Source: Escherichia phage HP3.2. Taken from it: a stretch of DNA of 64,000 nt. Positions within the stretch are counted from its first letter, which is position 1, and every line of letters begins with the position of its first letter. The notes under the pieces are model-generated. The model saw only the letters and a program-made list of their open reading frames with translations. It was not told the origin of the DNA and ran no database searches. Below, piece after piece: positions 9,514 to 19,811 of the stretch. The stretch lies in sequence record OP978391.1, one strand, 5' to 3'. The position numbers were made by a program, and so were the translations under genes.

Positions 9514-10200
9514 TTAAAAATCGTGGGTAGAATCAGCTTCAAGAGCTACCACATAATTCGCGTGTTCACCTTCAAATTTAGCAGCACCTTGTTTACCTTT
9601 TGCCCAGAGCAGAAGTTTATAATTTCCTGGTTGCATTTTCATATTTGCCATATTGATAATGAAATTAAATGTATTTTCACCATCATAATCACCAAGAGTC
9701 AAAGAATATTTAACACGGGTCAGAGCAGAATCTTCTACTTTATTAAAACCGTTAATTACGATTTTACCTTCTTTTACCGTGATAGCAATTGTATCAATTT
9801 GCAGACCACGAGATACACGCAACAGTTGTTGAAGGTCTTCAGCTTTAATTTCAGTAACAACAGATGCTACCGGAAATGGAATTGGTTTATTAGGAGCAAC
9901 TACTGTACTCGGATCGGCTGCTGGCCAAAAAATTGTTGAACGAGCATCAGCAATTTTAATATTTCCATCTTCTGACTGGGAAATTTCTGCATCATCATTA
10001 ACTAGCGACAGAATACCGAGAAAACCGTTCAAATCGTAAATTGCTACATCAAAATCAATAACGTCAGAAATATTTGCTTCCGCGTAAGTTGTACCATTAA
10101 CTGCGCGAGTCATAATAAATTGACCGGATTTAAGCATAATGCCAGAGTTAATAGTAGCGAAATTTTTCAAAATATTCAGTGTATCTTTAGACAGTTTCAT
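9514..10200 (-). CDS. 45: Sliding clamp gp45 (228 aa)
   Basis: 228 aa as in T4 gp45; position after middle promoter. Confidence 0.9.
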   Translation of the reverse strand: MKLSKDTLNILKNFATINSGIMLKSGQFIMTRAVNGTTYAEANISDVIDFDVAIYDLNGFLGILSLVNDDAEISQSEDGNIKIADARSTIFWPAADPSTVVAPNKPIPFPVASVVTEIKAEDLQQLLRVSRGLQIDTIAITVKEGKIVINGFNKVEDSALTRVKYSLTLGDYDGENTFNFIINMANMKMQPGNYKLLLWAKGKQGAAKFEGEHANYVVALEADSTHDF

Positions 10201-10229
10201 GTAATTTCCTTCAATTCAAATGAGATTTA

Positions 10230-10255
10230 ATTTTATAACTAATTTAATAAAGCAA
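10230..10255 (-). promoter_or_regulatory. MotA-dependent middle promoter for gene 45
   Basis: Minus strand TTGCTTTA (MotA box) -12 nt- TAAAAT immediately upstream of the gene 45 start. Confidence 0.6.
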
Positions 10256-10645
10256 TTAACGATTAAAATCAGTTGCGATTGTTTCGGCAACAATTTGTGC
10301 AGCAACAATCAGACGTTCATCTGCATTACCACAATAATCATCTTCAAGGCGTTCACCACATGAAGTCATAATAAATTTAGCACCGGCGTTTAGGGATTCT
10401 GTAGTATGTTTGCGCATTAGTTCAATCCATTTATTACTTACTTCACGATCGATAGCTTCATAATACGCATGACGAGCAGGTGCAGATTTAATTTTGTTCT
10501 GAATAACTTCCATTGCGTTATCAGAAAGAGACAAAACCCATGCTCGACGAATTTTATTTTGGTTTTGTGGATTTGATTCAGAACGCACGTGTTTTGGCTG
10601 AATATCTTTTACATCAACAGTATAATTCACAGTAATTTTAGTCAT
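10256..10645 (-). CDS. rpbA: RpbA RNA polymerase-binding protein (129 aa)
   Basis: 129 aa; position between 45 and 46 as in T4. Confidence 0.7.
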   Translation of the reverse strand: MTKITVNYTVDVKDIQPKHVRSESNPQNQNKIRRAWVLSLSDNAMEVIQNKIKSAPARHAYYEAIDREVSNKWIELMRKHTTESLNAGAKFIMTSCGERLEDDYCGNADERLIVAAQIVAETIATDFNR

Positions 10646-10654
10646 AATACACCT

Positions 10655-10843
10655 TTAGTCATAATAATCAGTAACAGTCCAAGCTTCATTTCTATTGGAC
10701 ATTATTTTTGTATATTCTGCTTTAAATGCATTCCTAAGCATAGATTCAGTAACTATATGCTCTTCATTAGAAAAATTATTTCTCAGAATATATCGTTTTA
10801 TTTCAGGAAAAGTTAATAAATGCTGTCCAGTTGAATATTCCAT
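10655..10843 (-). CDS. Hypothetical protein (62 aa), 45.2-like by position
   Basis: Small ORF between rpbA and 46. Confidence 0.5.
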   Translation of the reverse strand: MEYSTGQHLLTFPEIKRYILRNNFSNEEHIVTESMLRNAFKAEYTKIMSNRNEAWTVTDYYD

Positions 10844-10898
10844 GTTTTTCCTCCATAGAGATTATACTCTAATAAATTAAAGCATAATCTCTTATAAA

Positions 10899-12608
10899 TT
10901 AAACCATTACAGTAAATCGACCAACTTTCTTCATTTGAAGATGCTGACCATATTCTTGCGGGTCATGGTCTTTATGCGAAATTATAAAAACATTAGTGTT
11001 TTTCATTGAATTTATAATATTAGCTACACCTTTAATACCTTCGGCATCAAATGACCCATCAAACACTTCATCAAGAATTAATGTACTAATACTAACACCA
11101 GATACGATAGAAGCAATATCACGCCAAGTAAATAAAAGAGCAATATCAATTCGTGCCTTTTCACCTTCACTAAATGAAGCATAACTAAAATCTTCACGAC
11201 CACGGGATTTAATTGTCTCATTAAATTCTTCATCTAATGTAAACACATAATCCGCTTCCATTATTTTAAGATAATGGTTAATCTGCTTATTAAATAATGG
11301 AATGTACTTTTTAATAATAGCACCTTTAATACCAGAATCTTTGAGCATATCAGTCAAAATTCCTCGGTGGTATTTTTCCATTACTAAATTAGTTTTTGTC
11401 TTAACAATTTTATCAAGTTCTTCTTGAAGCAGTGCTATTTCATCAGCATGGTCAATAAACTCGGATGATGCTTTTTCTATAGCTGCTTTAACTTTTTTAG
11501 CTTTATCTACTGTCGTGATTAGAGATTGCTTTTTATTGCGAATATCATTTGCCAACGACTGCTGGGTTTTAATATTATCTCGGTATTCATCAACAAGAAC
11601 TTTTAAATTATCACGGTGCGTTGAAAGCTGTTCAAACGAATGCGTACATTCAGAAACTTTATCTTTAATTTTAGAAACAACTTTATCACCGGAACTTAAT
11701 TGTGACAAACAGGTTGGACATAATCCACCTTCGTGATACATATTAATGACTTTATTATACGAGTCAATTTTTGATTTAATTAAAACTGCTTCTTGACCGA
11801 TTTTATTAAATGCATCAGTCGGGTCTTCATCTAAAACAATATTAACTAATCTTTCATTAGCTTCTTCTATTTCCGATTTTAGCGTTCTAGCTTCTTTTGC
11901 CAAATCATCATACATATTTTGTAGACGAGTAAGGTTGTCACCCGTTAATTTTTTCTGGCGTTCAACGTTATCATTATATATTTTAATTTGTTGGATAATA
12001 CTATCTTTTTTAACATCAAGCACTTGGTTTTGTGAATTTAATTCACGTATTAGTGCTTTATTAAGCTTATCCATTTCAGCTAATGTTCCTACCTCAAGCA
12101 GGTCTTCCACAAGCTTTCTTCGCGCAGGGGTCGACAAACCCATGAAAGGGGTATACCCTGCTGTACCAAGGACAACAATCTGCTTGAAACTGGCATATGA
12201 CATTCCGATAAGCTGTTCAAATTCTGCTTGGAAATCTTTACTGCTGGCAGATTCATTAAGACGTGTACCGTTAACGGTGATTTCGAAAACGTTTGGTTTT
12301 TGTCCTCTTTTGATATAGTACTTTTTCTCATCATATTCCATCCACAGTTCAACTAAAAGTTCTTTCTTATTTGTGCTGTTTATTAATTGACCTTTCTTAA
12401 CATCACGAAATGGTTTACCGAAAAGTCCGAAAGTAATGGCTTCTAACATCGTAGATTTACCACCGCCATTTTTACCTGTGATTAAGGTCTTTTGGACTTT
12501 ATCTAATTGGATATCGATAAAATTTTGCCCCTCGAATCCATCATCATCTTTAACGTCCATTTCGACTTCAAGCCTGAGTCCAGCATTGTTAAATTCATCT
12601 AAAGTCAT
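10899..12608 (-). CDS. 46: Recombination nuclease subunit gp46 (Rad50/SbcC-like ATPase)
   Basis: Walker A GKNGGGKST, central coiled coil with CPTC zinc hook, C-terminal ILDEVFDGSFD signature; start codon uncertain. Confidence 0.85.
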   Translation of the reverse strand: MTLDEFNNAGLRLEVEMDVKDDDGFEGQNFIDIQLDKVQKTLITGKNGGGKSTMLEAITFGLFGKPFRDVKKGQLINSTNKKELLVELWMEYDEKKYYIKRGQKPNVFEITVNGTRLNESASSKDFQAEFEQLIGMSYASFKQIVVLGTAGYTPFMGLSTPARRKLVEDLLEVGTLAEMDKLNKALIRELNSQNQVLDVKKDSIIQQIKIYNDNVERQKKLTGDNLTRLQNMYDDLAKEARTLKSEIEEANERLVNIVLDEDPTDAFNKIGQEAVLIKSKIDSYNKVINMYHEGGLCPTCLSQLSSGDKVVSKIKDKVSECTHSFEQLSTHRDNLKVLVDEYRDNIKTQQSLANDIRNKKQSLITTVDKAKKVKAAIEKASSEFIDHADEIALLQEELDKIVKTKTNLVMEKYHRGILTDMLKDSGIKGAIIKKYIPLFNKQINHYLKIMEADYVFTLDEEFNETIKSRGREDFSYASFSEGEKARIDIALLFTWRDIASIVSGVSISTLILDEVFDGSFDAEGIKGVANIINSMKNTNVFIISHKDHDPQEYGQHLQMKKVGRFTVMV

Positions 12609-13624
12609 TGTGTTGCCTCTACATATAGCTGATTTGCATATTGAATAAGTGCTTCACGGTCAGAATCAGTGATGTCTGGAATTGCATTAATATACTCTTC
12701 CATTAATGTCTGAAGCGATTGGACTTCAACTTCTTCACTGTCATCTGACTCGACAGAGTTATCAATCTTTGACACAACTCGTAATGAATGCACAACTTTT
12801 TCTAGTTCAGATTCGAACTTCGTTAGATTTTTGTCTACTTCAGTTACTATAACACGTACTGATAGATTTGTAAAATCTTTATAGTCAATTTTTCCTTTAA
12901 ATGGATAATGAATTCTACGATGCCAGGTAGTATTGTTTGGAATAAATTCCATTCGTTCTGTTTCTGTATCAAACATCCAGAACCCGCGAGGGTCATTCTC
13001 GTCACCTGCAGTTAGTGTCCATGGTGTCCCAATATATCTGACGTTAGCAGCCTCAGAGATAGTATGGAAGTGACCAGACCACACTTCTTTATAAGTCTTA
13101 AGGAAATCAGGTTCAAGACCATGAGATTTCATTCCTTTATAAAAATAAAATCCATTCAGTTCCCAGTGACCAACACAAAAAGAAGCAGATGAAGTTTTGA
13201 TGTGCTCAAGAATTTCACCAGTATTTTCTTCACACATCCAAGGAATTAAATCAATTAAACATCCGTCAAAATCTACTGTAGTAGGCTTATCATATACTTT
13301 AACATTAGGATATTTAGCCAAAAGCTCAGTAGAGGCATTTGGATGCATTACATTTTTGTAGTGGAGATCGTGATTTCCTACAATAGTATGTAATGTGATT
13401 CCAGCGTCATCAAGCATTTGAACTATTTCACGGGCAAACTCCATAGTTTTATGCGTGATCGCTTTTCGTACATCAAAAATATCACCGTATTGAATCCATA
13501 CAGTAATTCCATTTTTCTTAGAATATTCTATCGCTTGCTTAATTCCATCAATTTGAATACCGCGAATCCATTCATCATCAGCTTTAACACCTAAATGCCA
13601 ATCACCTAAATTTAAAATTTTCAT
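12605..13624 (-). CDS. 47: Recombination nuclease subunit gp47 (Mre11/SbcD-like)
   Basis: 339 aa; calcineurin-like phosphoesterase motifs GDWHLG, GDIFD, GNHD. Confidence 0.9.
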   Translation of the reverse strand: MKILNLGDWHLGVKADDEWIRGIQIDGIKQAIEYSKKNGITVWIQYGDIFDVRKAITHKTMEFAREIVQMLDDAGITLHTIVGNHDLHYKNVMHPNASTELLAKYPNVKVYDKPTTVDFDGCLIDLIPWMCEENTGEILEHIKTSSASFCVGHWELNGFYFYKGMKSHGLEPDFLKTYKEVWSGHFHTISEAANVRYIGTPWTLTAGDENDPRGFWMFDTETERMEFIPNNTTWHRRIHYPFKGKIDYKDFTNLSVRVIVTEVDKNLTKFESELEKVVHSLRVVSKIDNSVESDDSEEVEVQSLQTLMEEYINAIPDITDSDREALIQYANQLYVEATQ

Positions 13625-13785
13625 ATATCAAGAACCGTCATTGAAATGCAAAATAAAATTATTGAAATAAATCCATCTGGAGTGCTAAAGAACCCAATCC
13701 AACATGCTCTAGTGAATAGATAAAACGCGAGAAAAAGTATCACATATCCAAGAAATATCATTATATCAAACTCCGTATAAAGCTA

Positions 13786-13803
13786 AAGGGCCGAAGCCCT
13801 TTA
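13786..13803 (-). terminator. Intrinsic terminator after alpha-gt
   Basis: AAAGGGC-UUCG-GCCCUUU hairpin on minus-strand RNA. Confidence 0.55.
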
Positions 13804-15003
13804 TTTTGTAATAATGTCAAACTGTTCTTTAAAGCAGAAGCTTGAATCTTGATGCTGATACAAAAATTCATATGCTTTTTCTCGCTCACGGTCATAAAGA
13901 GCTCGGTCAGATGACAGTTCTTTAATACGCTCGAATGTTGATTCCATGCCATTTTCATCAAACCAAATGATACCGCTATCATGCGAGGTCAAAGGAGTAT
14001 TATCAACACGGAATTTTAAATTTTCGCCAGTAGATTTCCAGAAAACAGGAATTGTACCGCAAGCACCTAATTCAAGATGAGTATATTCTAGTGAGCGTTG
14101 TAAGTATTTCTGGTTAAGTTTACTCAACTGATATCCAAAGCCAGATTTACTCATTCGTTCAAGCATTTCACTATTAATATAACAATCTAGGATTTGTGCC
14201 GGTTGATTCGGCGTGAGATTCATTTTATCGATCTCACGATTACCGTAATATTCATACGGAATACCTTTTTCCTTAATTGCAATAAAAGCAGGGGAACGTT
14301 CAAGACCTTCCATTACAGTGGATTTACCAGCAGGTTTTAAGAATTTTTCGTGAAAATCAAACATCTGGTAAAAACCTTTCCATGTAGTCGTACGACCAAT
14401 CCAACGATTGATATTCATGTTAATTTCAGAAACATCTTTCCAGTAGGTTGATCGAACTTTCGCAATATCCATAGGAGGCTGAAAATTATATACTGTTGGT
14501 GCTTCTTCAATATCATCAAACAGAGAAACAGTTTCTGGATACCATTCTTTCATCAGAACTTTATTAAAATCGCCATTATCAGAATGACTAAAAATAACAT
14601 CAGCTCGACGAACAGTTTCTTCTAATCCCAAATTTCGACGCAAAGAAAGAACAGAATGATCATGCTGATAAACTACAACACGAATAGAAGGTTTAATATT
14701 ATCTAAAAGTTTTTTATAGTTATTAATCGTGGCTTCTTGAACGGAAGTAGCAGGAACAGAATTAATAATTAGAATATCACAATCATTTACCAGCTTAAGT
14801 GCTTTATCGTATTCTTTAGCTAAAATAACTGGAATTGAAAATGATTTGTGGTCATGAGAACTTGTACGAGTAAATGATTTATCTTTAGCATAAACCAAAG
14901 TTACTTCATGACCATTCTTAATAAACCAATCACGTTGCTCGAGTGAGAATTTTGTTACACCACAACCTTCAAGACCTCGAGCCATAAAAATACATACTTT
15001 CAT
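13801..15003 (-). CDS. a-gt: DNA alpha-glucosyltransferase (400 aa)
   Basis: 400 aa; N-terminus MKVCIFMARGLEGCGVTKFSLEQRDWFIKNGHEVTLVYAKD agrees with T4 alpha-gt. Confidence 0.85.
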   Translation of the reverse strand: MKVCIFMARGLEGCGVTKFSLEQRDWFIKNGHEVTLVYAKDKSFTRTSSHDHKSFSIPVILAKEYDKALKLVNDCDILIINSVPATSVQEATINNYKKLLDNIKPSIRVVVYQHDHSVLSLRRNLGLEETVRRADVIFSHSDNGDFNKVLMKEWYPETVSLFDDIEEAPTVYNFQPPMDIAKVRSTYWKDVSEINMNINRWIGRTTTWKGFYQMFDFHEKFLKPAGKSTVMEGLERSPAFIAIKEKGIPYEYYGNREIDKMNLTPNQPAQILDCYINSEMLERMSKSGFGYQLSKLNQKYLQRSLEYTHLELGACGTIPVFWKSTGENLKFRVDNTPLTSHDSGIIWFDENGMESTFERIKELSSDRALYDREREKAYEFLYQHQDSSFCFKEQFDIITK

Positions 15004-15053
15004 TTAATATCCTCTTTGTTTTGGTTTATTTTACCAAAAATTTATAAAGCAAT

Positions 15054-15071
15054 ATAGGAGCCGAAGCTCCT
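15054..15071 (-). terminator. Hairpin terminator upstream of alpha-gt
   Basis: UAGGAGC-UUCG-GCUCCUA on minus-strand RNA. Confidence 0.5.
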
Positions 15072-15418
15072 ATCCACATAATACGCCATACAAAGGCTCA
15101 TTAGAGCTTCTAAATTTTCTGCGCCTATATGTTATAGTTCCTTCTGCTTTAGCTTTATCGTAAGACTCTTTAAAGCGTCTCATCATTTCTACTTTAGAGG
15201 AACGAATTTTATTATAATCTATTTCAGAAGTCTGGGTGTTCATCTTTCATAACTGCCACCATTTTTTGACTTGATAAGAATCAACCCACACTTTCATATT
15301 AGGGTCTGCTCTTACAATAGGAGGATTAACTTCTTTAATTGAACTATCATGGTATTCTTTTTCAGAAATTTTCACACAAAGATGACCATTCAAAGATTCA
15401 GTAAATCCTGCATTAATT

Positions 15419-15736
15419 TTAAGACGCTTGAATTTTACGTGTGTAAGCATCAATCATATCCTCAATCTGCGATCTAGTAGTCTTCCAAAGAATACTGATG
15501 AGTTCATCGTTATATGGCTGTTTTAGAATATCCCGACTTTTCTTGATAGCATATTCGTATTGAGCAAAATTATTATTTTCAGCTGCGATCTGAGCGTGCT
15601 TATAAAGACGATTCAGTTCGCGTTTATTTTTAGACAATAACTTATTTGCTTTTCTTTCTGCTTCAAGACGGTTCTTTTCTTCAATAGAAGAAATAAGCTT
15701 TTTCACTTCATCATTAATTTCGGGTTTATCAGTCAT
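15419..15736 (-). CDS. Hypothetical protein (105 aa)
   Basis: ORF between alpha-gt and 55. Confidence 0.5.
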   Translation of the reverse strand: MTDKPEINDEVKKLISSIEEKNRLEAERKANKLLSKNKRELNRLYKHAQIAAENNNFAQYEYAIKKSRDILKQPYNDELISILWKTTRSQIEDMIDAYTRKIQAS

Positions 15737-15737
15737 A

Positions 15738-15956
15738 TTATTTCTCTAATATAAAATAAAAATCATCATCTGTTAAATGATACCGATAGTTTAATTCTAC
15801 ACCATTAGATTTAAAAGCGGTATCATACGGATTTTCTGGATCAATATCAATGTCAAGAGCTAAAACTTCCCTGAGATACATTTTAAGTAAATAGGGAATA
15901 GCTTCAACTTCAGGTATTTCTTCCAAGAATCCGGAGAGGTTAATCGTTAGCCTCAT
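15738..15956 (-). CDS. Hypothetical acidic protein (72 aa)
   Basis: ORF immediately downstream of gene 55. Confidence 0.5.
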
Positions 15957-16497
15957 ATAAAAAATCCAAACTAGGAGAATCGTCTACAACACTTTTCTTT
16001 TCAGCCCCCGGTGTTCTATAGGTTGATTCTTCGTAATGCGTCATTTTATCGTAGATGTCTTGAATAAAAGTTTCATCTACTAACGCAACCATATCGTCGT
16101 CACGACTGTCATAGACATTGTGAACGAAGTAACTGTATTTCTTTGCAACTTCCTTACGTTCTTTTTTAATACGTTGGACGAATGCATTAAAACAAGCTTG
16201 AGTTATATATGCATGCGGGTTTTTATATTTCGTTTCATCAAAATTGTGAAGCCCCTTAATAGAAGCTTCTATACCATCTGCAATCATTTCTTGTTTCCAA
16301 GACTGGGTGTATCCTGAAAAGTTGAAACGTTTAGATAAGCCTTCTGCAATAAGCATAATGGCTAATCCGATAGTATCATTCTGACGAACTACTTTATTTG
16401 GGTCTTTATTATTTGCTAATTCTGTTTTCCAATCAATAATAGCTTGTAAAAGCTCTTTATTGTTTACGTAATTATATTTAGGCTTAGTTTCTGACAT
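15940..16497 (-). CDS. 55: Late-transcription sigma factor gp55
   Basis: Start placed at [20 protein letters not shown] (185 aa) to match T4 gp55. Confidence 0.9.
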
Positions 16498-16575
16498 TTT
16501 CACCTCTTAGCTCAATTCATAGATCTATTATATCATAATATTTGAAGATCTATCTTAAAGCATAGAGGATATCAG

Positions 16576-16845
16576 TTATCTAAGTAAGCAGTATGCTTGG
16601 AATACTTTCTCCATCATCTTTTTAAATTCATGAATATCTATATAATGACTAGTTAGATCAGCATGATATAAAAAGTCTAAAAACTTTTCATGTGTACTAA
16701 CATATTCACTTTCATTTAATTCAGAAACATGGCTTTCCCAATATCCAACACCAGTCTTATTTGGGAAAAATGAAATTTTCATGTATTGGTCAACATAGAA
16801 AATGCCATAATTTTCAATAGTAATAGAAATATTAATAAATTTCAT
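16576..16845 (-). CDS. Hypothetical protein (89 aa)
   Basis: ORF in the 55-nrdH interval. Confidence 0.45.
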   Translation of the reverse strand: MKFINISITIENYGIFYVDQYMKISFFPNKTGVGYWESHVSELNESEYVSTHEKFLDFLYHADLTSHYIDIHEFKKMMEKVFQAYCLLR

Positions 16846-17057
16846 ACATTCATCAACTTAGCCGCTTCAAGAGCTGCATCTAGTGAATCAAATTGGTCAA
16901 CATATTCAATCAATTCGCCGTAATTGGCATATAACCACCATTGGCTAAATTCATACTCAAGAATGAATCCATTTCCTTCAATTTGAGTTAAACCACTGCC
17001 GTTTGTATTTACTTCATACCCAGCAAGACGTAAATCGTTAATAAGAGCTTCATTCAT
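16842..17057 (-). CDS. Hypothetical protein (71 aa)
   Basis: ORF with 4-nt overlap to the neighbouring gene. Confidence 0.45.
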   Translation of the reverse strand: MNEALINDLRLAGYEVNTNGSGLTQIEGNGFILEYEFSQWWLYANYGELIEYVDQFDSLDAALEAAKLMNV

Positions 17058-17059
17058 AA

Positions 17060-17386
17060 TTATGCCTTAGTAATTTTCAGGTCAGCAAATTTTTTCTTGC
17101 GTTGATTTTTCATGCGACGAATAGTTTTATCGGAAATTTCATGCTTTTGATAAGCTTTAGATTCTACACCAAAAGCTTTAACATCAAATTCTGACAAGAT
17201 ATATTGAACCAACAATTCACGGACAGTATTGCGTCCAATCTTCTGATCATTCTGTTTCATCGTCTGATGAAGCTCTTTTTCCCATTTATCCAAAATTTGA
17301 GGAGTTACAATATCGCCTTTTTCTAGCAAAGAAACTACTTTATCATATGCGTAAGAATTGATGGCGTTTTTAATTTGAATAGTCAT
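17060..17386 (-). CDS. Hypothetical protein (108 aa)
   Basis: ORF with basic C-terminus. Confidence 0.5.
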   Translation of the reverse strand: MTIQIKNAINSYAYDKVVSLLEKGDIVTPQILDKWEKELHQTMKQNDQKIGRNTVRELLVQYILSEFDVKAFGVESKAYQKHEISDKTIRRMKNQRKKKFADLKITKA

Positions 17387-17425
17387 ACATTATCCTCAAT
17401 TACGTTAAAATTTTATTATCCAAAA

Positions 17426-17441
17426 AAGGGCCGAAGCCCTT
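17426..17441 (-). terminator. Hairpin terminator
   Basis: AAGGGC-UUCG-GCCCUU on minus-strand RNA. Confidence 0.5.
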
Positions 17442-17640
17442 AGCTAAACTTTTTGGCACCCTTCCAGCCTTCGTACATCATTGCGACTGACAATGACAAA
17501 GCTCCTTCACATGCTGTGTACTTATTATTCCAGAACCAATTTAGAAAAACTTCATCCTCAATACCATTGTGTTTCATGTTCTGGAAAAATTTGGCGCGTT
17601 CTTCAGCAATTCGCTGCGATAATTTAGATTCAGGATTCAT
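17440..17640 (-). CDS. Hypothetical protein (66 aa)
   Basis: Small ORF. Confidence 0.4.
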   Translation of the reverse strand: MNPESKLSQRIAEERAKFFQNMKHNGIEDEVFLNWFWNNKYTACEGALSLSVAMMYEGWKGAKKFS

Positions 17641-17856
17641 TTAAATTTCCCAATTGCCATTTTCATCAATAAATTTAATCCAGTCATTTACTGACCACTT
17701 AGTTGTATCGCCTTTTGGAGTAACATTTAAAGTATATAACCCCTGCTTAAAAAGCATTCGTTTGATATTCATATTTTCCTCAGCTATAACGATAACACTC
17801 GTTTGATTTACGTTTAGCAACTCGTTGAGAAGTATTATAATCAAAATCATCGTCAA
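17641..17856 (-). CDS. Hypothetical small protein (start uncertain, possibly the internal Met near 17772)
   Basis: ORF abutting the previous gene; N-terminal part overlaps the next gene in another frame. Confidence 0.4.
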   Translation of the reverse strand: MTMILIIILLNELLNVNQTSVIVIAEENMNIKRMLFKQGLYTLNVTPKGDTTKWSVNDWIKFIDENGNWEI

Positions 17857-18073
17857 TGTAAACTGATTTTTTCAACTTTCTTACTTCACCGCGTAATTGA
17901 CGATTTAACTCATCTTTAACTTCTGAATCAATACCTTTCATTCTACGCCATTTATCTGAGCGAAAAATGTTTTCAACCATATCTTTATGACTTACACCAT
18001 CAGGAGCTTTACGCTTTCCGAAATAGTCATAATCACGAACTTTCAAGTCTTTACGACGATACGTTTTACCCAT
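17780..18073 (-). CDS. Hypothetical basic protein (ca. 98 aa)
   Basis: Start taken at MGKTYRRKDLK; K/R-rich. Confidence 0.45.
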   Translation of the reverse strand: MGKTYRRKDLKVRDYDYFGKRKAPDGVSHKDMVENIFRSDKWRRMKGIDSEVKDELNRQLRGEVRKLKKSVYIDDDFDYNTSQRVAKRKSNECYRYS

Positions 18074-18242
18074 GGAGTTTAATTTCCTTAGCAACTGAAC
18101 TAAATGCAGCACGATCGCAAATCAAGCGTTTATTCCATTTAAGTAAAGTATAGTGAACCTCAAAATCATCTACTGCTGTAACAATAACGATATGTCCATT
18201 AACACGATAATACTGATCTCTTTTAATCTCTTTATCAACCAT
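18066..18242 (-). CDS. Hypothetical small protein (58 aa)
   Basis: Hand-translated ORF MVDKEIKRDQYYRVNGHIVIV..., below the ORF-track cutoff; first gene after an early promoter. Confidence 0.35.
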   Translation of the reverse strand: MVDKEIKRDQYYRVNGHIVIVTAVDDFEVHYTLLKWNKRLICDRAAFSSVAKEIKLHG

Positions 18243-18261
18243 ATCAATTCCTCAAAGGCAA

Positions 18262-18330
18262 TTCATATGTTAATAATACCACGGTTTGAACTTGTTGTAA
18301 ACAACTTTGTGAAAAATATTTTAGGGAATG
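18262..18330 (-). promoter_or_regulatory. T4-type early promoter
   Basis: Minus strand GTTTAC (plus 18297-18302) with downstream -10-like GGTATTATTA. Confidence 0.5.
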
Positions 18331-18383
18331 ATAAGAAGGGAACGATAACTTAGAATGGTAATATACAGAATGTGAGAAAGAAA

Positions 18384-18398
18384 GGCCCAGAGGGCCCG
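18384..18398 (-). terminator. Hairpin terminator after nrdH
   Basis: GGGCCC-UCU-GGGCC stem followed by U-rich CUUUCUUUCU on minus-strand RNA. Confidence 0.5.
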
Positions 18399-18400
18399 TC

Positions 18401-18727
18401 TTAATCTTCTATGATATCTCTATCATATCCAAGTGAAATGAGAGTTTCTTTGAAGTGTTTAATGTTCTTTTGTCTAGAATCATTAATGAAAATGACTGGA
18501 TAACGAATGTTAAGAGATGTGAATCCAGCACGTTTAGCAAGAGATACAATCAGTGGACGATCATACTCAATCTTACCATTATTTGTAAGAACTTTATAGA
18601 AAGTAAAAGGAGCATTGAGCTCCTTTAGAAGTTTTGTAACTGATTGACATCCAGGACAACGACCTACTTCTTCGGGGATGCCATAGATTTCAATCTTATT
18701 CTTTAAGTTCGAGTTTTGTTCCACGAG
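18401..18727 (-). CDS. nrdH: NrdH-like glutaredoxin
   Basis: CPGC active-site motif in IYGIPEEVGRCPGCQSVTKLL; the listed 150-aa ORF is over-extended, likely GTG start near 18727 with AAGGA SD. Confidence 0.6.
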   Translation of the reverse strand, partial: LVEQNSNLKNKIEIYGIPEEVGRCPGCQSVTKLLKELNAPFTFYKVLTNNGKIEYDRPLIVSLAKRAGFTSLNIRYPVIFINDSRQKNIKHFKETLISLGYDRDIIED

Positions 18728-19007
18728 AAATAATTCCTTGATAAGCCCAGTATGGCGGGTTAACAGAATCCTCACCAGAGTTTTCTTCAGGAAAATAAAC
18801 CTGGATAACAAATCCAGATGCATCAAAGGTAAAATAAACCGTAGGCAGTTCACCTAACAATTCGGCACGAGCATTAATTTCTTCGAGATCTCGTTCACGT
18901 CCAGCCCAAAAACTAGGATTTAGACTACATTCGTAAAAATAATAGTCATTACCGAACATATCAAAACCCTTCCAACTCTCTACCACATACCGCTCAAAAC
19001 TAATCAT
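18696..19007 (-). CDS. Hypothetical protein (103 aa)
   Basis: ORF upstream of nrdH. Confidence 0.45.
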   Translation of the reverse strand: MISFERYVVESWKGFDMFGNDYYFYECSLNPSFWAGRERDLEEINARAELLGELPTVYFTFDASGFVIQVYFPEENSGEDSVNPPYWAYQGIISRGTKLELKE

Positions 19008-19009
19008 AA

Positions 19010-19225
19010 TTAAGCCTTTTTATCAAGAACAGAATTCAGCTTGTTAGTAATTTTATCCAGACGCTCATTGAACTCGCTAGAAGATAAACTCTTTTCTGGA
19101 GAAATCAAACTAATCACGAAAAATATAGCAATAAAAGGAATAAGGAAAATAGCTCCAACTGCCATAAACAGAAAGAACGTTACAGTTGTAAGAAAATCAG
19201 CTAAACCTTTACGAAATTTATACAT
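19010..19225 (-). CDS. Small membrane protein (71 aa)
   Basis: Long hydrophobic segment TVTFFLFMAVGAIFLIPFIAIFFVISLI. Confidence 0.5.
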   Translation of the reverse strand: MYKFRKGLADFLTTVTFFLFMAVGAIFLIPFIAIFFVISLISPEKSLSSSEFNERLDKITNKLNSVLDKKA

Positions 19226-19340
19226 ATTTTACCCTTAATTGATTAACCAAGCATTGATAAGCACTAAACTATACTGCGAATAAAATTCTGGACCAAAATG
19301 AAAAATCATATCATTTATAGTATCCATAATGTAATTCAAT

Positions 19341-19811
19341 TTAATCATGTGTCCACACCCCATCGGTATTTGACCAAAGTCGCTGATTATCTGATCCTCG
19401 CCACAGCTTTTTGGTCGGAAGATTTTTCTCATACTTCCCATCAATAATAACATCAACATATTTAAGCATTTCTAGTTGTTTAATATCTTCAAACTTATAT
19501 CCTGTCCACAACCAAATGTCTTTCTCAGGAAATCTTGCTTTAACCCAAGAAACTAAATTTGAAATCTCTTCTCGGTTCTGTGGATAAAGTGGGTCACCAC
19601 CGGTTAAGGTAAGGCCTTGGATATACGATTTGCTTAAATGGGACGCAAGTTCTTTAACGGTATTCATAGTGAATAACTGTCCGTTACGAGCATTCCAAGT
19701 ACTACGATTATAACAACCTTCGCATTTATGCAAACATCCAGTGACGAAGAGAACGACCCTACATCCAGGGCCGTTAACGAAATCGCATGGATAAATTCTA
19801 TCATAATTCAT
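19341..19811 (-). CDS. nrdG: Anaerobic ribonucleotide reductase activase NrdG (radical SAM)
   Basis: Start placed at MNYDRIYPCDF (156 aa); radical-SAM cysteine cluster CLHKCEGC. Confidence 0.85.
   Translation of the reverse strand: MNYDRIYPCDFVNGPGCRVVLFVTGCLHKCEGCYNRSTWNARNGQLFTMNTVKELASHLSKSYIQGLTLTGGDPLYPQNREEISNLVSWVKARFPEKDIWLWTGYKFEDIKQLEMLKYVDVIIDGKYEKNLPTKKLWRGSDNQRLWSNTDGVWTHD

Noticed and set aside
13761-13982. 73-aa ORF in an alternative frame
   Set aside because: Entirely inside the 3' end of alpha-gt and over the terminator; no independent support.
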